DNA of 31,995 nucleotides from a virus (Duplodnaviria; Caudoviricetes), in the IMG/VR virus record IMGVR_UViG_3300020181_000318, positions 1 through 31,995 of that record. One strand, 5' to 3'. Under the pieces are notes generated by a model, which saw only the letters and a program-made list of their open reading frames with translations, was not told the origin of the DNA and ran no database searches. The stretch's first letter is position 1, and each line of letters begins with the position of its first letter. Positions 16,918 to 25,987 of this stretch are shown here, in pieces. The translations under genes were made by a program, and so were the position numbers.

Positions 16918-18192
16918 TCAGGCCCCGGCCGTGAGGTCGATCTTCACGAACGCCGAGGGCTGCAGGATGCCGAACGCCGCGCGCATCTCCGCCAGGATCG
17001 CGACCAGGTTGCGCACGAAGTAGTTCTCGTGGCTGTCGGTCGCGGTCACCGAGGACTCCTCGCGGTCCCACAGCACCGCCCACCGCCAGTCGCCCACGTA
17101 CCCGACACCCTGCGGGGTGGCCTCGGACTCGATGACCGGCAGCCGCCACAACGGAGCGTTGTCCGACCCGCCCGTTGGGCCACCCAGGTAGTAGCGGCCC
17201 TCCAGGTCCTGCTCCAGGTCCGCGGTCTCCATGTCCAGCGGGTTGAGCAGGTACGCCGTCGGCGTGCGCCGACCGACCAGCTTGACCTTGGTCTTGGCCT
17301 TGCGCAGGGTCCGGAAGATGTTGGTGTCCCAGCTCTGCGTCTGCAGGCCGGAGGTGTTGGCCAGGCCGGTGAAGTTCTCGCCCGTGCCGTCACCGGCGAT
17401 CATCTGCGTGTCCAGGGCCTCTTCGAGGTTGGCCACGAGGAACGCGTCGATCAGCAGCCGCACCTGGCCGGCGTCGGACAGGGCCCGCTTGGTGACCGGG
17501 ATCCAGTTCGCGATCGTCTTCACGACCGCGGTCACCTTGTCAGTGGTGAACCCCGACTCCGGCTTGGTACCGGAGGTGCCCGACGCGGCCGTGGCCTCCG
17601 CCACCGTCGCGGCATTGTTGGTCCACCCGGTGATCCGCGCGTACTCCACGGTGTCGCTGGTCGTGGTCAGGTTCGTGACCAGGTCCCGCAGCACCAGCGG
17701 CCGGCGCGGCAGGTCCACCAGCAGCCCGCGCCAGTCGTTCTGCACGAACGCGCCCGCCGAGGTGTCCGAGGTGCCGGTCACCAGCGCCTTATAGCCCACC
17801 GGCGAGGAGGCGACGCGCTGCTTCTCCTGGAACTTCCCGTTCGGGGCCTGGCCCAGCAGCGCCTTGAACTCCGGGGACTCGACGAACAGCTTGCCCACCG
17901 TGTCCGACTTGGACGGCGTCCACAGCTGGCCGGGGCGCTGCTTCTGCCCGCCGCCCGGCTCGAACCCGATGTCGTCGCCGAGGTCGCGCACGGCCTGACG
18001 CATCGCGTCGAGCTCGTTGCGCTTCTTCAGATCGGCCTGGATCTCCTTGACCCGATCGATCGCGGCCTTGACCCTCGGCTGCTCTTCGTCGGTAAAGTCC
18101 CGGTCTTCCTTCTCGGCCTGCGAGGCGATGTCGCGGGCCTCCTTGAGCTTGGCCTTGAGCTCGTTCTGGAGCTCGGCCACCGTGGCACTCAC
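16918..18192 (-). CDS. Major capsid protein, HK97 fold with N-terminal delta domain
   Basis: Coiled-coil N-terminus; KPES, KTIANWIPVTKRALSD, GDGTGEN, FVRNLVAILAEMR; RBS GGAGGGG before GTG 18192. Confidence 0.95.
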   Translation of the reverse strand: MSATVAELQNELKAKLKEARDIASQAEKEDRDFTDEEQPRVKAAIDRVKEIQADLKKRNELDAMRQAVRDLGDDIGFEPGGGQKQRPGQLWTPSKSDTVGKLFVESPEFKALLGQAPNGKFQEKQRVASSPVGYKALVTGTSDTSAGAFVQNDWRGLLVDLPRRPLVLRDLVTNLTTTSDTVEYARITGWTNNAATVAEATAASGTSGTKPESGFTTDKVTAVVKTIANWIPVTKRALSDAGQVRLLIDAFLVANLEEALDTQMIAGDGTGENFTGLANTSGLQTQSWDTNIFRTLRKAKTKVKLVGRRTPTAYLLNPLDMETADLEQDLEGRYYLGGPTGGSDNAPLWRLPVIESEATPQGVGYVGDWRWAVLWDREESSVTATDSHENYFVRNLVAILAEMRAAFGILQPSAFVKIDLTAGA

Positions 18193-19013
18193 AGTGCCCC
18201 TCCTTGGTCGTTGAGCGGACCCGCGACCTCCAGGAAGTCGAGGGTGGTGAGCGCTCGACGAGGCGAGGCGGTTCCGGACTTGGCGGGCGAAGCAGCCGCG
18301 GCCTGCGGGGGCGGCGTCTGCTCGGCCGGCGGAGTCGTCGGCGTGGCCGTGTCGTCGTGCGTGGTGCGCGCCAGCGCGGCCTTGATCTCGGCCAGGTCGC
18401 TGGCGAAACCCAGCAGCACCGACTGGATGTCGGGCTGCTGGTCCGGCACGTCCCGCTGCTGCGGGGCGCCGGAAGTCTCGGGCCGCGCGTCGGCGGCCTT
18501 GATGGCGAGCAGGTCGGTCTGCTGGTTGACTCCGACCAGGCACGGGCCGACCTCGAACAGCTTGAGCTTGCGCAGCTCGTAGTAGGACTGGTCGACACCG
18601 TCCTCGCGGCGTTCGACCCACGCTCCTTCCTCCACGTCGAACGCGAAGGAGAACTGCGTGACGCGACGGCCCTTGAGCAGCTTGTAGACCTTGGCCGTGC
18701 GCGACTTCGGGTCGGTCAAGTCGTCGGGGTCGAGCTGGGCCTTGACCCACAGACCTTCGTCGCGTTCCTCGGCCTCCAGCACCACCCCGATGTGCGACTC
18801 CGGGTCGCCGGACTGGTGCGCCCACAGCACCGGCAGCGGGTCGCCACTGGCCCTCCAGTCGGCGAGAGTGTCGGCGAACGCGCCCTGCACGATCTTGTCG
18901 CCGTAGGAGTCCAGGTCCCACGTCGCGACGATCGCCTCGAACACCCCGGACGGGGTGCCGTCCTGGTCCCCGGCGGCCTTGATGTGCACGCGCGCGGTCT
19001 TCACGTTGGGCAT
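18189..19013 (-). CDS. HK97-family prohead protease
   Basis: DSYGDKIVQGAF, VLWAH, GLWV, FSFAF, LFEVGP..VGVN; RBS GGAGGAG before ATG 19013. Confidence 0.93.
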   Translation of the reverse strand: MPNVKTARVHIKAAGDQDGTPSGVFEAIVATWDLDSYGDKIVQGAFADTLADWRASGDPLPVLWAHQSGDPESHIGVVLEAEERDEGLWVKAQLDPDDLTDPKSRTAKVYKLLKGRRVTQFSFAFDVEEGAWVERREDGVDQSYYELRKLKLFEVGPCLVGVNQQTDLLAIKAADARPETSGAPQQRDVPDQQPDIQSVLLGFASDLAEIKAALARTTHDDTATPTTPPAEQTPPPQAAAASPAKSGTASPRRALTTLDFLEVAGPLNDQGGAL

Positions 19014-19045
19014 GGCTCTCCTCCACGAGCAGTGCGCCGGGCCGG

Positions 19046-20956
19046 TCAGGCGAACGTCAGCGCGCAGTAGCAGTACTCGGCGTTGTCCCGGCCGCCCCGG
19101 AAGTCGCCCGGCCACCGACCGGCCTCCGGAAAGCTCTCGGCCAGCGCGACCGAGACCCCGTCCAGCGCGGCGTGCTTGTCGTCCCCCGCGCGCCAGGTCT
19201 TCGTGCTGAGCCCGGCCGCCTTGGCCGCGTCCTGGCCGCCGAACGAGGCGCACTCGGTGGACATCCGCTGCGCCCACACCCGCGCGTAGGAGACGCGGTC
19301 GGCCAACACGGCCCGCACCCGCTCCTGCCAGCCGTCCAGCGGGCTCATCGCCGCCAGCACCAGCGCCCGGGTGCCCTTGTTCACCGCGTGCGCGTAGGTG
19401 GCGCACGCGGAGGCCAGCCAGGGCTCCAGCTTGTCGGCCGACCAGTCCTGCGGGTCGGCGTCGTGCTCGGCCAGCACCGCGCCCGCCGCGTCGACCGCCA
19501 GCGCGCGGACATGGTCGAGCAGCAGGGCCGTCAGCTCGGCGTCGTGCTCGGTCGGGTCGCCCCACGCCTCCTCCAGCGACGGCAGCGCCTTCAGCCCCAG
19601 CCGCGCGGCCAACCCGGCGGCCTGGGCGTTCAACCAGCCGAGCAGGTCGGCTTCCAGTCCGGCTGTCGCGTGCTGCTGCCGCTGCGGCTGCGCCGCCTTC
19701 GCCCCCGGCCCGCGCAGCGCCGGTGCCGCCTTCGGCGCGGTGTCCCGCGGCGACGCCAAGCCGCCGACCAGCACGTTCAACGGGGTGATCAGCTCGTCAC
19801 CGCCGGGCAGCGCCGGGAGGTTCATCCGCGCGCGCTGCTCGTTGCGGGTCATCCACGGCGCGCCCGTCGCCGTGGAGGCGGCCTCGGCCTGCTCCTCGAA
19901 CGACCCGGCCATCTTCTGGGCGATGTTGAACTCCGGGTAGAGCCCGTCGACACTCCGGAAGTCGGGCAGCAACTGCTCGGTGATGTCCTGTTGGAACTGC
20001 TCCAGCCACGGCCCGAGCGTGTCCTGGTAAAGGTTCTTGTGCTGCTCGGTGATGTTCGAGTAAGTGGCGTGGTCGAGGATGCCGACGAACACCGGGGACA
20101 CGTGGTACTGGGCGGCGGCCTCCTCGCGGGTCAGCTTCCGGGACTCGACGTACTGTGCGGCCTTCGGGTCCAGGCCGATGGCCTTGTACGTCATGCCGTC
20201 CTCCAGCAGCGGCGTGCCCCCGGCCTCGCCGCCGGCGCCGGTGAAAGACGACCGCCACCCGGCCCGGAACCGGTTGCGGGCCGTCGGTCCCCAGTCCGGG
20301 GCGTCCGCCGGCCGCTCGATCACCCCGGACAGCCGGGCGCCGTTGCGCCACATCTGCTGCCGGTTGCGGGTGGCCTCGTACTCCTCCAGCATCAGGTCCC
20401 GCAGCGCGTTCATCGGCGAGTTGCCCACCCGCGGGTCGCGCGGGTCGTAGCCGTGGAAGTGCACCACGTCCTCGGCGTCGACCTTCTGCCACCGGCCGTC
20501 GGTCCACACCTCGTACCGCTCCGGCGCCAGCCAGTTCCCGCCCGTGGGGCGGACGCGGGGCGGCGGGATCGGGATCAGCGCCCGGACCTCGCCGCCCGGC
20601 GCCCGGTCCTTGACCCAGAACCCGTTGTCGTAGATGCCCAGGTCGTGCACCAGTCGGTCGAACAGCCTGTACGGGGTGAGGCGCAGCACCGGGTTCGGCC
20701 GGGCGAACAGCCGGGTGATCGGGTGCGTGGTGTCCCGGACCCGGTCGGTGTCCGACACCCTGCGGTACCAGTGCAGCCCGATGTGCGCGATGTTCCGGGC
20801 CAGGAAGCTGACCACGGTGCGCACCGACCGCTGCGACTCCCAGATCAGCGTGTGGTCGGCGTAGATGTCCTCGCCCAACCGCAGCGAGGCACCGAAGGCC
20901 GGCTCCACCGGAGACGACACCCAGTTGCCCTGACCCGACGAGACCACGAACGCCAC
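19046..20956 (-). CDS. Portal protein (HK97 family) with C-terminal MuF-like extension
   Basis: HPI..L..RPNP, VVHFHGY, G.SP, LLEDGMTY, YSNITEQ, MTRNEQRARMNLP; then KTW..H...G....PGD...CYC; start GTG 20956 or 20965. Confidence 0.93.
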   Translation of the reverse strand: MAFVVSSGQGNWVSSPVEPAFGASLRLGEDIYADHTLIWESQRSVRTVVSFLARNIAHIGLHWYRRVSDTDRVRDTTHPITRLFARPNPVLRLTPYRLFDRLVHDLGIYDNGFWVKDRAPGGEVRALIPIPPPRVRPTGGNWLAPERYEVWTDGRWQKVDAEDVVHFHGYDPRDPRVGNSPMNALRDLMLEEYEATRNRQQMWRNGARLSGVIERPADAPDWGPTARNRFRAGWRSSFTGAGGEAGGTPLLEDGMTYKAIGLDPKAAQYVESRKLTREEAAAQYHVSPVFVGILDHATYSNITEQHKNLYQDTLGPWLEQFQQDITEQLLPDFRSVDGLYPEFNIAQKMAGSFEEQAEAASTATGAPWMTRNEQRARMNLPALPGGDELITPLNVLVGGLASPRDTAPKAAPALRGPGAKAAQPQRQQHATAGLEADLLGWLNAQAAGLAARLGLKALPSLEEAWGDPTEHDAELTALLLDHVRALAVDAAGAVLAEHDADPQDWSADKLEPWLASACATYAHAVNKGTRALVLAAMSPLDGWQERVRAVLADRVSYARVWAQRMSTECASFGGQDAAKAAGLSTKTWRAGDDKHAALDGVSVALAESFPEAGRWPGDFRGGRDNAEYCYCALTFA

Positions 20957-20957
20957 G

Positions 20958-21170
20958 TCAGTCACCCACGACCTGGATGAACTCCACCCGCGAGCGCTCC
21001 ACGACGACCTCGCCGTCCAACTGCTGCGACTGCGCCCCCGGCTCGTGCATCTCCACCTGGCGCAGCACCAGCAACGGCCCGCGCCGCGCCCACAGGATCC
21101 CCGCGAACGCCCGGTCCGCGGTGTTCACCACCACCCGCTGCCGAACCAGCCCGCGCCACGACCCGAACAC
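20958..21170 (-). CDS. Small Sm-like/beta-barrel hypothetical protein between terminase and portal
   Basis: RBS GGGAGG; RVVVN....F.GILW...LVLR...DGEVVVER.RVEFIQV. Confidence 0.75.
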   Translation of the reverse strand: MFGSWRGLVRQRVVVNTADRAFAGILWARRGPLLVLRQVEMHEPGAQSQQLDGEVVVERSRVEFIQVVGD

Positions 21171-21187
21171 GTCGCCTCCCGCTCAGG

Positions 21188-22948
21188 TCAGACGACCTCA
21201 AGGTCGTGGTCCTCGTACGCGCTGCGCTTGGGCGGCACCCGGGTCATCGCCTCGGACATCGCCGTCACCAACGCCGACACCGCGTCGATCTTCTCCGCGC
21301 TGGTCGCCTTGTCCGGCTTGACGTTGCCCGCCGGATCGGTGGCCACCGCGAGGTTGTCCACCATCCACCGCACCGCCGGGTTCCCGCCGTGCCGCAGCAG
21401 CGGGGCCTCCTCTGTGCCCGCCAACAGCAGCCGCTGCGTCTCCTTCAACGGCGGGCTGAGCGTCTGAAACCCCTGCCGCACCTTCACCAGCGGCGCCCCG
21501 GCGTTGGCCAAGTCGTTGGTCAACTGGGTGGCGTTCCACGGGTCGAAACCCAGCGACACCACCCGGAACGCCGACAGGTCCCGCTCGATCTGCGCCTGGA
21601 CGAAGTCGTAGTCCGCCACGTTGCCGGGTGTGGTCTTCAGCAGGCCCTGTCGCACCCACACCGACGCCTCGCCAGCGGTGCGCTTGTCCAACTCCTGCAG
21701 GTTCGCCTCGGGCGTCCACAGCCGCCACAGCGCGTCGTAGCCGCCCCGCGTGTCGTCCGGGAACAGCCAGCACAGCGCCAGCAGGTCCGACGTCGAGGCC
21801 AGGTCGAGCCCGCCGTACGCCTCGCGGCCCTTGAGCTTGCGCTCCTCCACCAGCGAGGCGTTGCGGTCCCACGCCTCCAGTACCAAGTACCGGGTGTCCT
21901 GCTTGGTCCTGATCCCCAGGTGCAGACGCAGGAACGACGCCAGGTCCGCCGGCGACTGCTTCGCCTTGTTCGACTTGCCCGCCAGGTACGAGCGCGTCGG
22001 CGACACCCCGAACCCCGGGTTGGCCTTGCGCCACGTCGTTTCGGCGTGCGGGTCGTCGGACTCCTCCGCCGCCCACACCACGCCGTACACCATCGGGTCG
22101 TGCAACACCCGCCGGGACAGCTGCTCGACGTAGTGGCGCTTGCGGGCGTAGATCGTGCCCCGCTTGCCCGAGTCCGCGGTGGTGATGCACATGATCAGCG
22201 GTTGCCGCCGCGACCCCGTGCCGGTCTCGATCGTCTCCACCAGGTCCGGCGTCTTGTGCACGTGCAGCTCGTCCACGACCCCGCCGTGCAGGTTCGCGCC
22301 GTGCTGCGCGTCCGCCACCGACGAGATGACCTGCACGTACGAGCCGGTCTTCTTGTGGATGACCTTGCTGGCCGTGGTCTGCACGTGCGGCTTGAGCGCC
22401 GGAGACCGCTCCGCGATCTTCTTGATCGGGTTGAAGACGAACCCGGCCTGCTCCTTCGTCGTCGCCGCGGTGACGACCTGGGCGCCCTCCTCGCCGTCCG
22501 CGCACGCCAGGTACAGCGCGATGCCGCCGGACAGCGTGGACTTGCCGTTCTTCCTGGGCACGTCCACGTACAGCTCGCGCACGATCCGCACGTAGCTGTC
22601 GGAGTCCTCGTCCCACCGCTTCCACCCGAAGACCGGCGCGATGATGTACGCGACCTGCCACGGGTCCGGCCGCAGCGGGCTGCCCGCCCACTGGCCCTGG
22701 GTGTGCCGCAGCTTCCCGAACGCGTCCAGCACCCGGTCCACGGCGTCCGCGTCGAACACCGCGCCCGGTGTCTCACCCGGGTCGGGGGTCTTGATCAGCG
22801 GCGGGCAGTCCGGCAGCGGGATCCCGCGCGACAGCAGGTACCAGGCGACCTCGGGGGCGAGCTTCAGCCGCTCCAGCTCGTCCGCGGGCGGCAGCTCGAA
22901 CCGCGGCTTGCGGGCCTTACGCGAACGGGTTGTCGTCCTCGTCGCCAT
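21188..22948 (-). CDS. terL: Terminase large subunit
   Basis: PWQ, Walker A PRKNGKS, Walker B VVDELH, ITTA, W.KANP, GGLDLA, KIDAVSA. Confidence 0.97.
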   Translation of the reverse strand: MATRTTTRSRKARKPRFELPPADELERLKLAPEVAWYLLSRGIPLPDCPPLIKTPDPGETPGAVFDADAVDRVLDAFGKLRHTQGQWAGSPLRPDPWQVAYIIAPVFGWKRWDEDSDSYVRIVRELYVDVPRKNGKSTLSGGIALYLACADGEEGAQVVTAATTKEQAGFVFNPIKKIAERSPALKPHVQTTASKVIHKKTGSYVQVISSVADAQHGANLHGGVVDELHVHKTPDLVETIETGTGSRRQPLIMCITTADSGKRGTIYARKRHYVEQLSRRVLHDPMVYGVVWAAEESDDPHAETTWRKANPGFGVSPTRSYLAGKSNKAKQSPADLASFLRLHLGIRTKQDTRYLVLEAWDRNASLVEERKLKGREAYGGLDLASTSDLLALCWLFPDDTRGGYDALWRLWTPEANLQELDKRTAGEASVWVRQGLLKTTPGNVADYDFVQAQIERDLSAFRVVSLGFDPWNATQLTNDLANAGAPLVKVRQGFQTLSPPLKETQRLLLAGTEEAPLLRHGGNPAVRWMVDNLAVATDPAGNVKPDKATSAEKIDAVSALVTAMSEAMTRVPPKRSAYEDHDLEVV

Positions 22949-23399
22949 CGTCGCCGCCCTTCGCCAGGGCCGCCTCCGACGAAGGGGTCAGGCCGAACTG
23001 GGCAGCGAACGCGCGGAGTTCCTTGCCGGCCGTGGACGCGATCCCCACCGCGGGATTCGTCGTCGTCCAGGTCGACTCCGTGCCGTCCTTGCGGGTCGAG
23101 TGGTTCTCGATGGTGAGGCCACGCTGCTGGACGTCACGTGTCGCCTCCACGAACCGGGCCCACGTCTCGCAGTAGGCCGCGAGCACCGCCCGGTCCTCCT
23201 CCTTGAGGATGTCGAGCCGGGTCAGGCCCGGCACCACGCGCTCCCACTCCGCGCGCGCCTCGGCGGTCAGCCACTCGGGCGGCTCCGGAGGCAGGCGCTT
23301 GAACGCGGGCCCCTGCTTGACCTTCCGGCCACCGGAGTCGGTGCCGTTGCCGCGGCCGGCGAGCAGCTTGAGCTTCGCGGGCTGCGGGGTGCGGGCCAC
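22917..23399 (-). CDS. terS: Terminase small subunit (P27 family)
   Basis: P.KLKLL.G, PPEWL..EA..EW, LAAYC, NPAV, FGLTPSS. Confidence 0.93.
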   Translation of the reverse strand: MARTPQPAKLKLLAGRGNGTDSGGRKVKQGPAFKRLPPEPPEWLTAEARAEWERVVPGLTRLDILKEEDRAVLAAYCETWARFVEATRDVQQRGLTIENHSTRKDGTESTWTTTNPAVGIASTAGKELRAFAAQFGLTPSSEAALAKGGDDGDEDDNPFA

Positions 23400-23409
23400 G
23401 GCGTGCACC

Positions 23410-23503
23410 CCCCGCCTTGGGATTCTGAGCGGCTGCGAAGAAGAGCACCGGCGCCGCTGTCCGCGGCCCCGATTCCAGAGATTCCGACTCCCCTACCCCT
23501 TAT
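23410..23503. other. Probable cos / packaging initiation region
   Basis: Non-coding gap between HNH and terS; G-rich GGGGTAGGGG on the minus strand, palindrome CGGCGCCG at 23449-23456, three GATTC copies; HNH plus P27 terS usually indicates cos packaging. Confidence 0.6.
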
Positions 23504-23552
23504 CCTAACGAATTTCAATAGCTTTCTCGCAGAATTATTGAAATTCGTTAGG
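23504..23552. repeat. AT-rich 17-bp perfect inverted repeat
   Basis: CCTAACGAATTTCAATA (23504-23520) / TATTGAAATTCGTTAGG (23536-23552). Confidence 0.95.
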
Positions 23553-23560
23553 GGGCGCAT

Positions 23561-23941
23561 TTATCGGGGTGTGCGGCGGCGGGCGCGCTGCCGCGCGGCG
23601 GCCTCGGCGCGGGTCTTGGCATCGTGGTGCGGCGCGCACAGGGTCTGGGCGTTGGCGTGGTCGAACTCGGCGCCGCCTTGGGACAGCGGGGTGATGTGGT
23701 CGACCTGCTCGCCCGGTGTGCTCGTGCCCTGTGCCGTGCACCAGCGGCAGTTCGGCTCCCTGCGCAGGTGCTCGGCGCGGAACGCCCTGCTCTTGCGGGT
23801 GGAGCCTTTGCCCCAGTGCCGGGAGCGGGTGGCCCAGGGCTTGGGCTTGTGCTGGTCGCAGCGGGCCCCGTCGCGGACGAGGGCGGCGCAGCGGCCGGTG
23901 TGGTCGGTGAAGGTGCAGCGCTGGGGTGGGGCGGTAGGCAT
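23561..23941 (-). CDS. HNH endonuclease (packaging-associated)
   Basis: EPNCRWC...VDHITPLSQGG....NAQTLCAPHH..KT; adjacent to terS. Confidence 0.92.
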   Translation of the reverse strand: MPTAPPQRCTFTDHTGRCAALVRDGARCDQHKPKPWATRSRHWGKGSTRKSRAFRAEHLRREPNCRWCTAQGTSTPGEQVDHITPLSQGGAEFDHANAQTLCAPHHDAKTRAEAAARQRARRRTPR

Positions 23942-23943
23942 GG

Positions 23944-24219
23944 CTACTCGTCGTAGGCGATGTAGTCGAAGTCGCCCGTGCCGCTCTGCGCGATCATGCA
24001 TACCTGAGCGGCTTCCACGAGGCTGCTCCAGTCCTCGTTGTAGTAGCCGAGGCCAGCGACTGTGAGGCTTGTGATGGGCAGGCCAAGCAAGACTTGTAGC
24101 CCATTGATGGGCGTGACGATGTGGTCCCAGCGGTCGGGGTACTTGCGCTGGAGGTAGCGAGCCCTGTGGTGGTTGGCGACGAGGAGAACGCTGCTTCTGC
24201 GGGCGTCTCGGGTGGTCAT
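23944..24219 (-). CDS. Hypothetical protein with atypical (lower GC) codon usage
   Basis: 91-aa ORF ending 2 nt before the HNH start; many A/T-ending codons. Confidence 0.6.
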   Translation of the reverse strand: MTTRDARRSSVLLVANHHRARYLQRKYPDRWDHIVTPINGLQVLLGLPITSLTVAGLGYYNEDWSSLVEAAQVCMIAQSGTGDFDYIAYDE

Positions 24220-24261
24220 CAGACGTCTCGCTTGAAGACGCGGTGCCGATGGTGGGCTGAT

Positions 24262-24447
24262 TCATGCGACGCTCCGGTGGACGGCGAAGGTGTGCGAGCC
24301 GATCGACACGACGACTCCGGACGGTACGTCCAACCGGACGGTGCTGCCTTCCGGGTCGGGGCGGCCTGCCAGGACGAGGCCGATGGAGAACCAGATGCCG
24401 GGGCGCGCCTCGCGGTAGTAGGTGAAGTGGCGAGCCCGGAAGTTCAC
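24262..24447 (-). CDS. Hypothetical protein (61 aa)
   Basis: GAGGTG upstream of GTG; co-oriented. Confidence 0.5.
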   Translation of the reverse strand: MNFRARHFTYYREARPGIWFSIGLVLAGRPDPEGSTVRLDVPSGVVVSIGSHTFAVHRSVA

Positions 24448-24456
24448 GGCTTCACC

Positions 24457-25302
24457 TCATCTGGTGGCTTTGGCGACGCTGACCATGGTGGCGGCCTCGC
24501 TGATGAGGCGGACGACGGTGGGCCCGTTGCGGTAGACGCCGACCTGGGCGTAGTGCAGGGCGGCGGGCAGCTGGCGGCAGTTGGCCCCGCGGACGGTGGC
24601 GGGGGTGCCGTCGACGGTGAAGTACACGCGTCCGGCGCCGTTGTCGTTGCTGATCTCGACGCGGTCGAGGTCTTCGCTGAAGGTCACGGTGGTCTCGACG
24701 CCGGCGGCGAGGAGGATCTCGTACTTGCCCTGGTCGCCTGCCGCGACGGTGTGCTCGGCCACGGGGTCTCCTCCGGGGGCGGTGTCGGTGACCACCAAGT
24801 CGATGCCGTAGCCGTTGCCGGTACCGGTGGCGGGATAGGTGGTGATCGGGCCCGCGGAGAACGAACCCTGGCCGTCGAGCGCGGTGGCGTGGTCGGGTGC
24901 GGTGAGGGGCCCGTTGGTGAGGCCGCCGTCGCCTGCCCCGCCGGGCTGCCAGAACCCGGCGGCTACGGGGAACTGGTCCTCGAAGTGGACGCTGGGCTTG
25001 TAGAAGGCGGCCGTGACGGGGATGGGGCCGGTGAACGCGGCGTACTTCCAGCCGGTCGTGTCGCCCAGTACGAAGGTGACGTCCGAGCCGTTGACCAGCT
25101 CGCCCGTGCCGGGTCCGGTGGCGCGCCACAGCCGGCCGGTGACCGGGCCGGTGATGGCGAGAGTGCCGCGGTAGAAGCGGAGTCCGAGCGCCCAGCGCGG
25201 GCTGCCGGTGACGTTGATCTGGTGGGCGAGGTTGACGGGGGTGCCGTCGCCGCCGCTGGTGGCGGGTCCGGGGGTGGAGCCGAAGATGCTGTAGTCGGGC
25301 AT
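24457..25302 (-). CDS. DUF4082-like beta-sandwich protein with a second C-terminal beta domain
   Basis: SIF...P....DG.PVNL..., GLRFYR, GRLW..G, GW....F..PI.V, Y.IDLV pattern; RBS GGAGGGAG before ATG 25302. Confidence 0.75.
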   Translation of the reverse strand: MPDYSIFGSTPGPATSGGDGTPVNLAHQINVTGSPRWALGLRFYRGTLAITGPVTGRLWRATGPGTGELVNGSDVTFVLGDTTGWKYAAFTGPIPVTAAFYKPSVHFEDQFPVAAGFWQPGGAGDGGLTNGPLTAPDHATALDGQGSFSAGPITTYPATGTGNGYGIDLVVTDTAPGGDPVAEHTVAAGDQGKYEILLAAGVETTVTFSEDLDRVEISNDNGAGRVYFTVDGTPATVRGANCRQLPAALHYAQVGVYRNGPTVVRLISEAATMVSVAKATR

Positions 25303-25323
25303 CTCGGTCTCCCTCCTGGTGGT

Positions 25324-25564
25324 GTGCCGTGGCCCCGGCCCGCCAGCTCGGGGCCACGGCGCCCTCCACCCGCACCCACCGACCGGCAGCCCGCCGGTTG
25401 GTGGCTTGGACCCGACGTGGCGCGCCAGCACCTCGGGGGTGCTGCACGTCGGGGGTCTGGGGATGTGCGAGAGCCCCGGGCGCGAGGGGCGCGGCCGGGG
25501 CTCTGCGGTGGGGTTTTCGCTGGTGTCGCGCCCGTTTTCGGGCAGCGTCTACCAAGGCGGACGC
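25324..25564 (-). other. Highly structured leader (six tandem hairpins) of the putative late transcript
   Basis: Stems at 25545-25564, 25530-25543, 25470-25504, 25409-25457, 25376-25404, 25324-25362. Confidence 0.65.
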
Positions 25565-25565
25565 C

Positions 25566-25595
25566 AGTGTGACTGTCCTACCGGGTCAACGTCAA
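25566..25595 (-). promoter_or_regulatory. Putative late promoter
   Basis: TTGACG-18 nt-CACACT on the minus strand, right after the HTH gene and ahead of the structured leader. Confidence 0.5.
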
Positions 25596-25987
25596 CTCGC
25601 CGCGCGGCGGGTGCGTTCGGCGCGGCGTATGCGCTGGTCACGTTGGATGTCCAGGACTGCGCCGACGCGGACGAGCAGGCGGCCGCGTTCGTCCTTGCGG
25701 GTGGGGAGCTGTTCAGGGTGGCGGACGGTCCACTTGTAGATCATGTCGCGGGTGCCGTTGGTGTAGCTGGCGGCGGCGTCGAGGGTGATCCAGTCCTGAT
25801 CGTTGTAGAGGACGGGTTGGGGTGAGAGCCAGGTTTCGCCGAGTTCGGCGGCGCGCGCGGCGAGGGTGTCGGCGCAGGCCGGGTCGAGTTGGTGGAGGGC
25901 CCGGAGGAGGTCTTGAGCGATGCGGCGGGCCCGGTCGAGCGGGGTGTCTCCCGGGTGAGGCCACGGCGAGCGGCGGGGCTTGATCAT
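25592..25987 (-). CDS. HTH DNA-binding protein, candidate late regulator
   Basis: MIKPRRSPWPHPGD...; C-terminal WITLDAAASYTNGTRDMIYKW...GRLLVRVGAV MerR/Xis-like winged HTH; ATGA overlap. Confidence 0.7.
   Translation of the reverse strand: MIKPRRSPWPHPGDTPLDRARRIAQDLLRALHQLDPACADTLAARAAELGETWLSPQPVLYNDQDWITLDAAASYTNGTRDMIYKWTVRHPEQLPTRKDERGRLLVRVGAVLDIQRDQRIRRAERTRRAAS

Noticed and set aside
16234-18582. Long + strand ORFs (782 aa here; also 7142-8683, 12453-14243, 19172-20980, 21206-23116)
   Set aside because: Antisense shadows of well-supported genes; stop codons are rare in high-GC DNA and the translations show no motifs
16918-19026. 702-aa ORF as a protease-capsid fusion
   Set aside because: The upstream part is an alternative frame over the protease gene; the capsid has its own RBS and GTG at 18192
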